Under the pieces are notes generated by a model. The model worked only from the letters and a program-made list of their open reading frames with translations. It was not told where the DNA came from and did not search any database. Of a stretch of 64,000 bases of DNA, positions 8,422 through 17,600 are shown piece after piece; position 1 is the first letter of the stretch; every line of letters begins with the position of its first letter. The position numbers were made by a program, and so were the translations under genes. Source of the DNA: a virus; the IMG/VR virus record IMGVR_UViG_3300035198_000053, positions 1 to 64,000 of that record; one strand, 5' to 3'.

Positions 8422-9112
8422 AGACAAATACATTCTGATCGCCATGGCCCTGATCTTCGTCTTCATCGGCCGAATGACCCTGCTCAACCTTGAGGACCGC
8501 TCCTGGTTCGGGAAGAACCTGATCGAATACGCACCGGTGAAGGAGGTCGAGTTCGTGAAGAAGTACAGACTGCCCGGCCCCATCCTCAACGACTACCTGA
8601 TCGGGGGCTACCTGATCTGGGCACTCTACCCAGACTACAAGGTCTTTATCGACCCGCGCTACGGTCCCTACTGGAAGGAGACGGGACCGGATTATTTCGA
8701 GTTCATGGCGCACCTGAACCCGGAGACATTGAGGAAATTCAACCAGAAGTACCCATTTAGGACGATCATTTTGAGCATGAGGGAGATCACGCTTATAAAC
8801 TTCCTAATCGGTCAGCCGGAGTGGAGGCTGATCTATTTCGACAAGGCGGCGGTCGTGATAGTACACTCCTCCGTCATCCCGACGCTGAGCCGGGAGGCGC
8901 TCTCGACGGACATGAGCCCGCAGAAGTTCGGGGACGTGGTCAACCCCATCGTCCTTGAGAACCTCTTCAACTTCTATCTCATGATCGGGCCGCAGTACGC
9001 CAGGGTGATAGCGGACATCTTCACGCGGAATGTGACCGTGTTCAATCAGACCAAGGGCGTGAAGTTGGCGGAGATGCGGAACAGGATAGCGCAGCGAGAA
9101 GGACAGAAATGA
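8402..9112 (+). CDS. GT-C-like membrane protein, C-terminal half (last TM plus extracytoplasmic domain)
   Basis: PVKEVEFVK...GPILNDYLIGGYLIW..YPDYKVFIDPRY, the usual C-terminal motif of the family begun at 6116. Confidence 0.7.
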   Translation: MRTQKIKDKYILIAMALIFVFIGRMTLLNLEDRSWFGKNLIEYAPVKEVEFVKKYRLPGPILNDYLIGGYLIWALYPDYKVFIDPRYGPYWKETGPDYFEFMAHLNPETLRKFNQKYPFRTIILSMREITLINFLIGQPEWRLIYFDKAAVVIVHSSVIPTLSREALSTDMSPQKFGDVVNPIVLENLFNFYLMIGPQYARVIADIFTRNVTVFNQTKGVKLAEMRNRIAQREGQK

Positions 9113-9531
9113 GAGCTTCAGATAATTTGTGGCTTGTTGGGAATAGAGGAAGTTTTATAGTTCACGTTCCTGAATGTGAATTTGCAGATAAAATCCATCC
9201 AGATAATTTTGAGGAATTTGAGTCTTTAGAAAATGCATTTTCATACGGTTATAGAGAATGTATTTACTGCATGGGGGGCGGTAGAGAAAAGGAGATTCAA
9301 TGGATATTGAAAAAGCAATTATCTGATTCACTTAAATCTTCACAAAATGATGCTGGATGCTGTATTTGCGGCTATAAGAAAGCAGTTCAAAAAGCCCATC
9401 TGCATCCAAGAAGTAAAGGAGGCATAGCAATAATTCCTCTTTGTCCTAATTGTCATTGGAATTATGAGCATAATTTACTTTCAAATAAACAAAAAACGAG
9501 GCTTATAGATTATTTGAGGGGGCAGAAATGA
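9109..9531 (+). CDS. HNH endonuclease with N-terminal Ada-like Zn-binding domain
   Basis: GNRGSFIVHVPEC...GYRECIYC; CCICG...AHLHPRSKGG...LCPNCH; AT-rich. Confidence 0.8.
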   Translation: MRASDNLWLVGNRGSFIVHVPECEFADKIHPDNFEEFESLENAFSYGYRECIYCMGGGREKEIQWILKKQLSDSLKSSQNDAGCCICGYKKAVQKAHLHPRSKGGIAIIPLCPNCHWNYEHNLLSNKQKTRLIDYLRGQK

Positions 9532-10667
9532 GGGTCGAATTCTTCCGACACAGCATCGACGAAGAAGACATCGCAAGGCTGGCCGAGACGGCAAGGTCCG
9601 TCTTCCTGACCACGGGGCCGCAGGTCGAAAAGTTCGAGAATGCATTGGGAGAGTATCTCGGCGGTCATGCCGTAGCGGTGACGAGTTGCACGGCGGCTAT
9701 GCACCTCTGTCTCCTGGCATGGGAGATAGGCCCGGACTGCGAGGTCATCACTACACCCCTGAGCTTCTGCGCCACGGCCAACGTCACCCTGCACACCTGG
9801 GCGACTCCCGTGTTTGTGGACGTGGAAGAGGAGACCGGGAATATCGACGCCGATCTGATAGAGGGGAAGATCACGGGCAGGACCAGGGCGATCATGCCCG
9901 TGCACCTTTACGGGCAGATGTGCGACATGCGGAGGATAAGACAGATAGCCAAAAAACACAAATTGATAATCATCGAGGATGCGGCCCACTGTGTCGAGGG
10001 CGTGCGGGAAGGGATACTTCCGGGGCAATTCGGGAATGCAGCCTGCTTCAGCTTTTACGCGACCAAGAATATCACTTCGGGCGAGGGCGGGGCGATAGTC
10101 ACAGACAATCGGATGAAAGCAGATCTGTTAAAGCAACTCCGGCTCCACGGAATAGACGAATCGGCGGCGGATCGCTACACGGGGGAATACAGACATTACG
10201 ACATGGGTATGCTCGGCTGGAAGTATAACATGGACGATCTTCAGGCCTCGCTGCTTATCGGCCAGTTGGAAAGAATAGACGAACTATGGAATAGAAGGGA
10301 GATTATTTGTCGGGATTATGAAATGGCGTTCGCTAAAGTAGAGGGGATAAGACTCATCAAGCCAACGCACGATATTTATCCGTCTAATCGTCACGCTCGG
10401 CACCTGTTCACCATTCAGGTGGCGCCGGAGCACAGGGACGCGATTCTCCATGAACTGCAAAAGAAGGATATCGGCGTGGCGGTGCACTTCAGGCCGATTC
10501 ATCTCATGTCCTACTATCGGGAGCGGTTCGGGTATAAGGAAGGAGACTTTCCCGTGGCGGAGCGGATCGGGGCAAGCACGATCTCCCTACCCCTTTATCC
10601 CAGACTGACGGATGAGGAAGTGGAGTACGTGATCAAGGCGGTGAAGGAGGTCCTAGCCTCGGCATGA
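9528..10667 (+). CDS. DegT/DnrJ/EryC1/StrS nucleotide-sugar aminotransferase
   Basis: PVHLYG, IIEDAAH, FSFYATKNIT.GEGG (PLP lysine), SLPLYP. Confidence 0.95.
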   Translation: MRVEFFRHSIDEEDIARLAETARSVFLTTGPQVEKFENALGEYLGGHAVAVTSCTAAMHLCLLAWEIGPDCEVITTPLSFCATANVTLHTWATPVFVDVEEETGNIDADLIEGKITGRTRAIMPVHLYGQMCDMRRIRQIAKKHKLIIIEDAAHCVEGVREGILPGQFGNAACFSFYATKNITSGEGGAIVTDNRMKADLLKQLRLHGIDESAADRYTGEYRHYDMGMLGWKYNMDDLQASLLIGQLERIDELWNRREIICRDYEMAFAKVEGIRLIKPTHDIYPSNRHARHLFTIQVAPEHRDAILHELQKKDIGVAVHFRPIHLMSYYRERFGYKEGDFPVAERIGASTISLPLYPRLTDEEVEYVIKAVKEVLASA

Positions 10668-10671
10668 AAAA

Positions 10672-10752
10672 ATGGTATGTCATAGAGGGATAATTTTGGT
10701 AGTCACTTGGTTTTTTCTGTTGGGTTGCATTCTGAAATCGTGCGGAGCGTGA
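10672..10752 (+). CDS. putative 26-aa hydrophobic micro-peptide MVCHRGIILVVTWFFLLGCILKSCGA
   Basis: Fills the gap between DegT and rSAM genes; single TM. Confidence 0.35.
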   Translation: MVCHRGIILVVTWFFLLGCILKSCGA

Positions 10753-10755
10753 TGA

Positions 10756-11649
10756 ATGAATAGACTTGAGGATGCGGGTTATTTCCCCAAAGTGATTCTC
10801 ATCGACACCTGTTCCTTCTGCGATCTCCGTTGCTCAATGTGCGCCCACAAGGACATGAAGCGGAAGAAGGGCGTCATGACCTGGAGGCTCTTCACCAAGA
10901 TCATAAATGAGATAGCGGAGAGAGACAGGAACGCGCGCGTGTGGCTGGTCTTCTTCGGAGAGGCGCTTATTTTAAAGAACAGCAGGCCGTCGATATTTGA
11001 CATGATCGCGTACTCCAAAAAGAAGGGGTTGACAGATGTCGTGCTAAATACGAACGGAAAGCTGCTCGATATAGATGCCGCAGATAAGCTGATCGAATCC
11101 GGCCTGGATGCGATCTATGTGGGGATAGATGCTTTTACCCCCGAGACGTATGACAGGCTGAGGATTGGCGGGGATTATTGGAGCGTTGTTCGAAACGTGG
11201 AATCGTTCATGGCGTACAAAGAGGGATTGGAGATCAGGCACCCGAAAATATTCGTTCAGTTTGTGGAAATGGAAGAGAACTTTGAAGAGCGGGATCAGTT
11301 TGTCCGCTATTGGACGCACAGGGGCGCGGAGGTGAAGATCCGCCCCAAGGTGAGCTGGGCCGGGGCTGTGGACGCTCCTAACCTGACGGCGGGGAACATG
11401 GAGCGGCATCCCTGCTATTGGGCTATGCAGACGATGTCGATCACGAACGAGGGGAAGGTGGTCACGTGCGCCGTGGACGTAGAGGCCAAGTTCGTGGCCG
11501 GGGACGTGAACAATAATTCCCTGTCCGAGATCTGGAACGGGACGCTGAAGGATCTGAGGGCGATGCACCTGGCGGGAGATTATTCCTGGCTGCCCCATCA
11601 TTGTTTCTCGTGCCGGGACTGGCAGGCGGCGAGGGCGGAGTTCTATTGA
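10756..11649 (+). CDS. radical SAM/SPASM-twitch enzyme
   Basis: CDLRCSMC; C-terminal PCYW...VTC..D...G.V....L.EIWNG...CFSC. Confidence 0.92.
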   Translation: MNRLEDAGYFPKVILIDTCSFCDLRCSMCAHKDMKRKKGVMTWRLFTKIINEIAERDRNARVWLVFFGEALILKNSRPSIFDMIAYSKKKGLTDVVLNTNGKLLDIDAADKLIESGLDAIYVGIDAFTPETYDRLRIGGDYWSVVRNVESFMAYKEGLEIRHPKIFVQFVEMEENFEERDQFVRYWTHRGAEVKIRPKVSWAGAVDAPNLTAGNMERHPCYWAMQTMSITNEGKVVTCAVDVEAKFVAGDVNNNSLSEIWNGTLKDLRAMHLAGDYSWLPHHCFSCRDWQAARAEFY

Positions 11650-11650
11650 G

Positions 11651-11734
11651 ATGAAAAACAGAATCTTCATGCTTGTCGTCTGGGTAGTGTTCGCAATCGG
11701 ATTGTTGAAATTCCTGTGGATGTGCGGAAAGTGA
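11651..11734 (+). CDS. putative 27-aa hydrophobic micro-peptide MKNRIFMLVVWVVFAIGLLKFLWMCGK
   Basis: ATG 1 nt after the rSAM stop; ends at the asnB RBS. Confidence 0.45.
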   Translation: MKNRIFMLVVWVVFAIGLLKFLWMCGK

Positions 11735-11741
11735 GGAGAAT

Positions 11742-13499
11742 ATGTGTGGGATTTGTGGCTTCTCTGGATCTGCGGACCTATCGACTTTGAGGAGAATGAC
11801 AGATGTCATCGCCCACCGGGGGCCTGATGATGAGGGTTTCTATTGCGACGGAGAAATGAATCTAGCCATGAAGCGGTTGGCTATCGTGGACTTGAAGGCG
11901 CGGCAGCCGGTCCACAATGAGAACGAGACGATCTGGGTCGTCTTCAACGGCGAGATTTACAACCATGCGGAGTTGAGGGACAGGCTTGAGAAACTGGGGC
12001 ACCGGTTCTACACCGACCACTCGGATACGGAGGTCATCGTCCATATTTACGAAGAAGACATATCCTTTCCCATGAATGGTATGTTCACTTTCGCTCTTTG
12101 GAATAAGGAAAAAGAAAGGCTTCTGCTCGTTCGGGACCGCTTTGGAGTGAAACCTCTTTTCTATGCTCTGGTCGATGGACAAATAGTTTTCGCTTCTGAG
12201 ATAAAAGCGATTCTTGCCTATCCCAAATATCAGAAGCGGATGAACTATGAGGCGGTCTATCATTACTTCACTTTCAAGAACATTTCCTCTCCTATGACTG
12301 CCTTCGAGGGAATATACGCAGTAAGGCCGGGAGGGGCAGTTGTTTTCGAGAATGGAAAGATAGAGAAAATGACGTGGTATAAACTGAATTTTGCCGAAGA
12401 CAATTGCATCACGGAAAAAGAGGCGGCGGCCCAAATCATTTATCTGCTTGAGGAGGCCGTTAAATCCCGCATGCAGATGGATGTTCCTTTCGGAGCCTAT
12501 TTGAGCGGAGGAGTCGATTCGAGCGCCGTCGTGGCTCTCATGAGCCGTCATTCGACGAAGCCAATCAGGACCTTCTGCCTGGGCTATGAGGATGAGCTGA
12601 AGAACAAGGAGGCGGACATCTACCACGCTCGGAGGGTCGCCAAAGTCTTCGGGACCGACCATCACGAGTACATCATGTCGGCGAAGGAACTAATTGAGGA
12701 CATCGACAATGTGGTTCGCTCTTTCGACCAGCCGTTCTCCGGGACTATCTCAACTTATTTCCTAACGAAGTTGATTTCGAAGCACGTCAAGGTAGCGCTC
12801 TCCGGGGACGGGGCGGACGAGCTGTTCGGGAGCTACCTATCGCACAGACTCGCTCAGGAAATGCATGATCGCGGCCAAAATGAATCAGCATGGAGGTATG
12901 ACCTAACGGTTTTCAAGGGCAGTGAGAAACAAGATTTGTTGAGCGAAGAGTTTGTAGAGAATCGAAGGCAAGAGCGGAACACGCAGACTTCCTTCACCCT
13001 ATTGGAAAATTGCTTTTCGAGTCTTTCGGGACAAGACCCTCTTAACCGCATTTTAGAAATGGAGTGGAACACCCAGCTCCCCGACCAGGTGCTCGCGTTT
13101 GTGGACTTCCTTTCGATGACGCACTCAGTCGAGATCCGATCCCCGTTCCTTGACTATCGGCTCGTGGAGTTCGTGGCCTCGCTTCCGGGGTTGATGAAGA
13201 TCAAGAACGGAAGGACCAAGCACATCCTGAAGGAGGCGGTCAAGGGTCTGCTCCCGGAGGGGATCGTGGACAGGCTGAAGGAGGGGTTCGTCCTGCCCAT
13301 CTATGATTGGCTGCAAAATCAACTTGAGGGCTACGTGGCAGATAGTCTCGCAGGATGGAGATTGAAGAAGCACGGATTGTTTAACGTGGACATCGTAAAG
13401 GAAATTTTGAATCGGTATTACAGCGGCGATAGGCAGTTGGCCGCGAAGATCTGGAACCTCGTGATGTTCCAGAAGTGGTGGGAGGTGTATTTTGGATAG
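11742..13499 (+). CDS. asnB: AsnB-like glutamine amidotransferase (sugar amidation type)
   Basis: MCGICG, HRGPD, FNGEIYN, LSGGVDSS, SGDGADELFG. Confidence 0.93.
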   Translation: MCGICGFSGSADLSTLRRMTDVIAHRGPDDEGFYCDGEMNLAMKRLAIVDLKARQPVHNENETIWVVFNGEIYNHAELRDRLEKLGHRFYTDHSDTEVIVHIYEEDISFPMNGMFTFALWNKEKERLLLVRDRFGVKPLFYALVDGQIVFASEIKAILAYPKYQKRMNYEAVYHYFTFKNISSPMTAFEGIYAVRPGGAVVFENGKIEKMTWYKLNFAEDNCITEKEAAAQIIYLLEEAVKSRMQMDVPFGAYLSGGVDSSAVVALMSRHSTKPIRTFCLGYEDELKNKEADIYHARRVAKVFGTDHHEYIMSAKELIEDIDNVVRSFDQPFSGTISTYFLTKLISKHVKVALSGDGADELFGSYLSHRLAQEMHDRGQNESAWRYDLTVFKGSEKQDLLSEEFVENRRQERNTQTSFTLLENCFSSLSGQDPLNRILEMEWNTQLPDQVLAFVDFLSMTHSVEIRSPFLDYRLVEFVASLPGLMKIKNGRTKHILKEAVKGLLPEGIVDRLKEGFVLPIYDWLQNQLEGYVADSLAGWRLKKHGLFNVDIVKEILNRYYSGDRQLAAKIWNLVMFQKWWEVYFG

Positions 13500-13644
13500 G
13501 GAAAGAGTAATTGACCTGCGGTGGGAGCCGGAATTTGTTTATCAATACGTGGCGTTGCGAAATGAATATATTCATTCTCAAAGACTTTTTGAAAGGAACG
13601 AATTTGAAAAATACAGCATCAGATACTTCAAAAGGATCGGTTGA
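13492..13644 (+). pseudogene. internally deleted GNAT acetyltransferase remnant (50 aa)
   Basis: GGAGG RBS plus TTG; ...QYVALRNEY joined to IHSQRLFERNEFEK, resembling GNAT motif B. Confidence 0.4.
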
Positions 13645-14584
13645 GCACAAGCAGAAAGAGTACGGCATCCGCCCCGAGGCGAAAGACTTCCCCATGATGT
13701 GCGTTCTATCCATGACCTACGTTTGCAACGCGCAATGTCCGAACTGCCCCTATACGAATTCGGAGATCCGGGAGGGCTTCAAGGACCAGCCCATGATGAG
13801 CGAGGGAACGTTCAAGATCATCGCCGACCAGTGCGGGGAGCACGGGGCCTGGATTCGGATCTCCGGGGGCGGGGAGCCGATGCTCCATCCCAAGGCCGTG
13901 GAGCTGATCGAGTACGCGAAGTTCAGGGGCGCGAAGGTGGGACTCATCACGAACGGGTCAAAATTCAATGCCGTCAATGCGCTGAGGCTGCTTAACGCGC
14001 AGACCGATATGATCGAATTCAGCGTGGACGCGGCGGACAGCGAGACATACGCGAAGGTCAGGAATGGACTCGACTGGAAACTCCTCCTGTCCAATGCGAT
14101 GCAGATGGTGAGCCTCAGGAATAGCCTTCATAGCTCGACTCGAATCATCGCCAGCGGGGTGAATCAGGTCGGGGTGGATATTAAAGCCGTCGGCAAATTC
14201 TGGCGCCACATCGTAGACGAGTTCCAAGAGAGGAAGTTTTTGACCTGGGGGATCAATGATGAATCGAAGTCGGCGGACCCCACGCCATACCTTCCTCCGG
14301 AGGAGCGTATTCCCTGTCCCTTCATCTTTGAGCGGCTGAACATCGACACGCGGGGCCGGGTCATGGTGTGCGGATTCGACATCGCGGGGAAGACGGACCT
14401 GGGGAACATCCACAAGAAGTCGATAGCAGACATCTGGCTCGGAAAGTCGTTTCAGTTCTACCGGGAGAGGCACTTAGCGGGGCGCGGGCATGAAATTCCC
14501 TTGTGCGGAAGCTGCCCCGATTGGCAGTATCGATCGTGGCAGCACAATTACTGGAAGCTGGTGAAAAATGCCAGAAAAGAATGA
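13604..14584 (+). CDS. radical SAM/SPASM-twitch enzyme
   Basis: CNAQCPNC, GGGEPM, PCPF...VCGFD...CGSC; TTG start after AAAGGA is inferred. Confidence 0.9.
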   Translation: MKNTASDTSKGSVEHKQKEYGIRPEAKDFPMMCVLSMTYVCNAQCPNCPYTNSEIREGFKDQPMMSEGTFKIIADQCGEHGAWIRISGGGEPMLHPKAVELIEYAKFRGAKVGLITNGSKFNAVNALRLLNAQTDMIEFSVDAADSETYAKVRNGLDWKLLLSNAMQMVSLRNSLHSSTRIIASGVNQVGVDIKAVGKFWRHIVDEFQERKFLTWGINDESKSADPTPYLPPEERIPCPFIFERLNIDTRGRVMVCGFDIAGKTDLGNIHKKSIADIWLGKSFQFYRERHLAGRGHEIPLCGSCPDWQYRSWQHNYWKLVKNARKE

Positions 14585-14771
14585 AACTCCCATTATTTAC
14601 GACAAGATCTGGTATTGGAAAAAGAGATTTCCTGGCCGCAAGGGGCAGTCTTGCCGGATAGTTTCAAGAAGCAAGGTTAGCGTTTTAGTTGAGTTTGAAG
14701 ATGGGTTTAGAGCGGTAACAAGTTGGTATGGAGTAAGAAAAAATAAGGGGGTGGTGGACCATGCTGGGTAA
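14568..14771 (+). CDS. small AT-rich hypothetical protein
   Basis: 67-aa ORF overlapping both neighbours. Confidence 0.55.
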   Translation: MPEKNETPIIYDKIWYWKKRFPGRKGQSCRIVSRSKVSVLVEFEDGFRAVTSWYGVRKNKGVVDHAG

Positions 14772-15473
14772 GAGAACTATTGCAATTTTGCAACCAGGTT
14801 ATCTTCCCTGGCTGTGACGCTCGGGTTTTTTGAGCAGATGTGGCGCAGCGATGTCTTCGTTCTCCTCGACGACGTGCAGTACGACAAGGAGGGTTGGCGC
14901 AACCGGAACAGGATCAAGACGGCGAAGGGGCCGCAATGGCTAACGGTGCCGGTGCTGACGAAGGGCAGGGAGGGGCAGAAGATCTACGAGGTCGAGATCA
15001 ACAACGGGGTAGATTGGAGGAAAAAGCATCTGGAGGCGATAAGACAGAACTATTCTAAAGCCCCATTTTTTAAAAAGTACATCTCTCTGTTTGAGCAAGC
15101 TTATGCTCTCAAATGGGAAAGCCTGAACGATCTGAACCGATGGTTTATATCTTCTTTGGCTTCGCTCCTGGGGATCTGGAAGGTAGAAAGCATCGGATCT
15201 TTGACCCTTGGAATAAAGGGTGACAGGATCGAGAGGCTTATTAATTTGTGCCATTATTTCACCGCAGACGTTTTCTATGAGGGCGCAGCCGGAATAAACT
15301 ACATTAACGAAAAAGTTTTCTCCGAGCGCGGCATCAAGGTCGAGTTCCAGGACTACCAGCACCCGGTATATCCGCAACTGTACGGAGAATTCGTTTCTCA
15401 TCTATCCGTGATCGATCTACTTTTCAATTGCGGGCCGGAGAGCCTGAAGATATTGACGGGAGGGCAAAAGTGA
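14761..15473 (+). pseudogene. WbqC-family protein with an 8-nt frameshifting insertion near codon 18
   Basis: ILQPGYLPWL* then LGFFEQM...DDVQY...WRNRNRIK...LSVIDLLFN in another frame. Confidence 0.85.
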
Positions 15474-15592
15474 AATTAAGGAATGATTATGGGAATTTTG
15501 TAAGAGTTCATCAACCATGGTCATTAGATAATTTCGACGATATTGTAGCCCTAAATGTTATTACCAAAAGAGAGTATTTAAAGGGGGACCCG

Positions 15593-16642
15593 ATGCCTAA
15601 GAAAAGCATTTTAATTACCGGCGGATGTGGCTTTGTGGGGAGCAATTTCGTTCGTTACCTCTACCAGAAATATCCTGACTACAAGATCATCATCCTCGAT
15701 GCCCTGACCTACGCGGGGGCGATCGAGAATCTGCCCGTCGATCTCAATCGGGTGGATCAGTGCAAACGCGAAGACCGGATCTGCTTCTGGTACGGGAACG
15801 TGCGGAACGCCGAGCTTGTGGACACGCTTGTCTCGCAGGCGGACATTGTCGTGCACCTTGCGGCAGAAACTCATATAACCCGCTCCATCTATGACAACCT
15901 GATCTTCTTCGAGACCGACGTTCTGGGGACGCAGATCGTGGCCAATGCGGTTCTGAAGCACCGGGAAACGGTGGAGCAGTTCATTCACATTTCGACCTCG
16001 GAAGTCTACGGCACCGCGCTTGAAAAGCGGATGGACGAGAAACACCCCCTCATGCCGATGAGCCCCTATGCGGCCGCCAAGTGCGGGGCGGATAGGCTGG
16101 TCTATTCATACTGGACAACCTACGAGCTGCCGATCACAATCATTCGGCCATTCAATATGTACGGTCCCAGCCAGCATCTTGAGAAAGCAATCCCCCGATT
16201 CATCACGAGTTGCATTCTCGGGGAGCCGCTGAGGATCCACGGCCGCGGAAGTGCGTCAAGAGACTACGTTCATGTGCATGACACCTGCGCGGCTATAGAT
16301 ATTGTGATGCACGCGGACAGGGAGGCGGTTGCGGGAGAGGTCTTCAACGTGGCCTTCGGTTTGGACCGGTCCATCCTTTCGATCGCGCAGGACGTCATCA
16401 GACTCATGGGTTCGGATTCTGCGATAACGTTCGTGGGTGATAGGCCCGGGCAGGTGTTCCGCCACACCGGGGACCGCAAGAAGATATGGGAAGTTCTGGG
16501 TTGGTGTCCGATGATAGACTGGGAGGATGGCCTCAGGGAGACGATCCTTTGGTATCGGGAGAACCGGAAATGGTGGGAGAAGCAGCTATGGAGCAGGGCA
16601 ATACCGATCATCACGAAGACGGGGGAAAGGGAGCTGCACTGA
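15593..16642 (+). CDS. RmlB-like NDP-sugar 4,6-dehydratase
   Basis: ITGGCGFVGSN, DALTYAG, HLAAETH, STSEVYG, YAAAK, DRPG. Confidence 0.92.
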   Translation: MPKKSILITGGCGFVGSNFVRYLYQKYPDYKIIILDALTYAGAIENLPVDLNRVDQCKREDRICFWYGNVRNAELVDTLVSQADIVVHLAAETHITRSIYDNLIFFETDVLGTQIVANAVLKHRETVEQFIHISTSEVYGTALEKRMDEKHPLMPMSPYAAAKCGADRLVYSYWTTYELPITIIRPFNMYGPSQHLEKAIPRFITSCILGEPLRIHGRGSASRDYVHVHDTCAAIDIVMHADREAVAGEVFNVAFGLDRSILSIAQDVIRLMGSDSAITFVGDRPGQVFRHTGDRKKIWEVLGWCPMIDWEDGLRETILWYRENRKWWEKQLWSRAIPIITKTGERELH

Positions 16643-17388
16643 AAAAGTTTGACCGCAGCGTCTCCCTGCTCTGCTGGGCATACAACGAGCAGGATTCGAT
16701 TATGGAGTTTTTGGCCAGGGCCTCAAGGCTGTTGGACGAGTCGGTGAGGGATTACGAGATCATCCTGATCGACGACGGGAGTTGTGACAAGACGGCGCGG
16801 TATGCCTATTATTTTAACCGAGATCATCCGCACTCGAGGCTGAAATATTTCCGCAACGGGCGCAATCTGAACGTGGGTTTGTCCTGCCGAAAGGCGATCC
16901 AGAAGGCCTCGAAGGAGTTCCTGTTCTGGCAGACGGTCGACTGGGCGTATGACATCTCTAACCTCCGGGAGTACCTTGAGCTTTTGAAGACTTACGACAT
17001 CGTCCAGGGGATGAGGCCAGGCGGGTTCCACGTGGCACATATCCTGAAGCGCTCTGATTCTATTGGAAAAGCCGTAATCTCCCTCGTGAATTACTGGCTC
17101 ATCCGCTTGTTTTACCGGGTGTCCCTCCACGACTTCCAGAACGTGACCTTCTACCCGACGAAGTGGGCTCAGTCGATCGACTATGAGGCGACCACGTCCT
17201 TCGTCAATCCGGAGGGGCTGATAAAGTCCCACTGGGCCGGGAAGACGATCAAGGAGGTGCCGATAGGGTTCATGCCGAGGAGGCGGGGGAAGGCAAAGGG
17301 GACGAGACTGGGATTTGTGGTGAGGTCCATGAGGGAAGTGTTCAAGTTCTGGGTGAAGTGGGTCGTCTTGAAGAGGAGGAAGCGATGA
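16639..17388 (+). CDS. GT2 polyprenol-phosphate glycosyltransferase (DPM1/GtrB-like)
   Basis: AYNEQ, EIILIDDGSCD, EVPIGFMPRRRGKAK; start apparently CTG overlapping the upstream TGA. Confidence 0.85.
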   Translation: MKKFDRSVSLLCWAYNEQDSIMEFLARASRLLDESVRDYEIILIDDGSCDKTARYAYYFNRDHPHSRLKYFRNGRNLNVGLSCRKAIQKASKEFLFWQTVDWAYDISNLREYLELLKTYDIVQGMRPGGFHVAHILKRSDSIGKAVISLVNYWLIRLFYRVSLHDFQNVTFYPTKWAQSIDYEATTSFVNPEGLIKSHWAGKTIKEVPIGFMPRRRGKAKGTRLGFVVRSMREVFKFWVKWVVLKRRKR

Positions 17389-17600
17389 AGGTAGTAGATT
17401 TTTGGGAAGTGAGGGAATTCTGGGGCAGCGAGTACAAACTCTCCGACGGGAACAGGCTGTTTCTGAAGGTGATACTCACCAAGGTGGTCGACACCGGAAA
17501 CAAGAAGCCCACAGGGGAGTCGCTTTACAACGTGGAGTTTCAGGTCGTGGTAAGGGTGGAGGAGCCGGAATCGGTGACAAAGAATGCCGGGCACGCCTGA
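17385..17600 (+). CDS. small hypothetical protein
   Basis: ATGA-coupled, GAGGAGG RBS. Confidence 0.6.
   Translation: MKVVDFWEVREFWGSEYKLSDGNRLFLKVILTKVVDTGNKKPTGESLYNVEFQVVVRVEEPESVTKNAGHA

Noticed and set aside
10756-14584. rSAM/SPASM plus AsnB as a RiPP or lasso-peptide cluster
   Set aside because: AsnB keeps its glutaminase domain, no RRE or peptidase is seen, and the neighbours are sugar enzymes
3102-14817. In-frame stops (TAA 3102, TAA 8066, TGA 14815) as a sign of stop-codon reassignment
   Set aside because: All three stop codons terminate normal genes here, essential genes are uninterrupted, and the TGA comes from a frameshift
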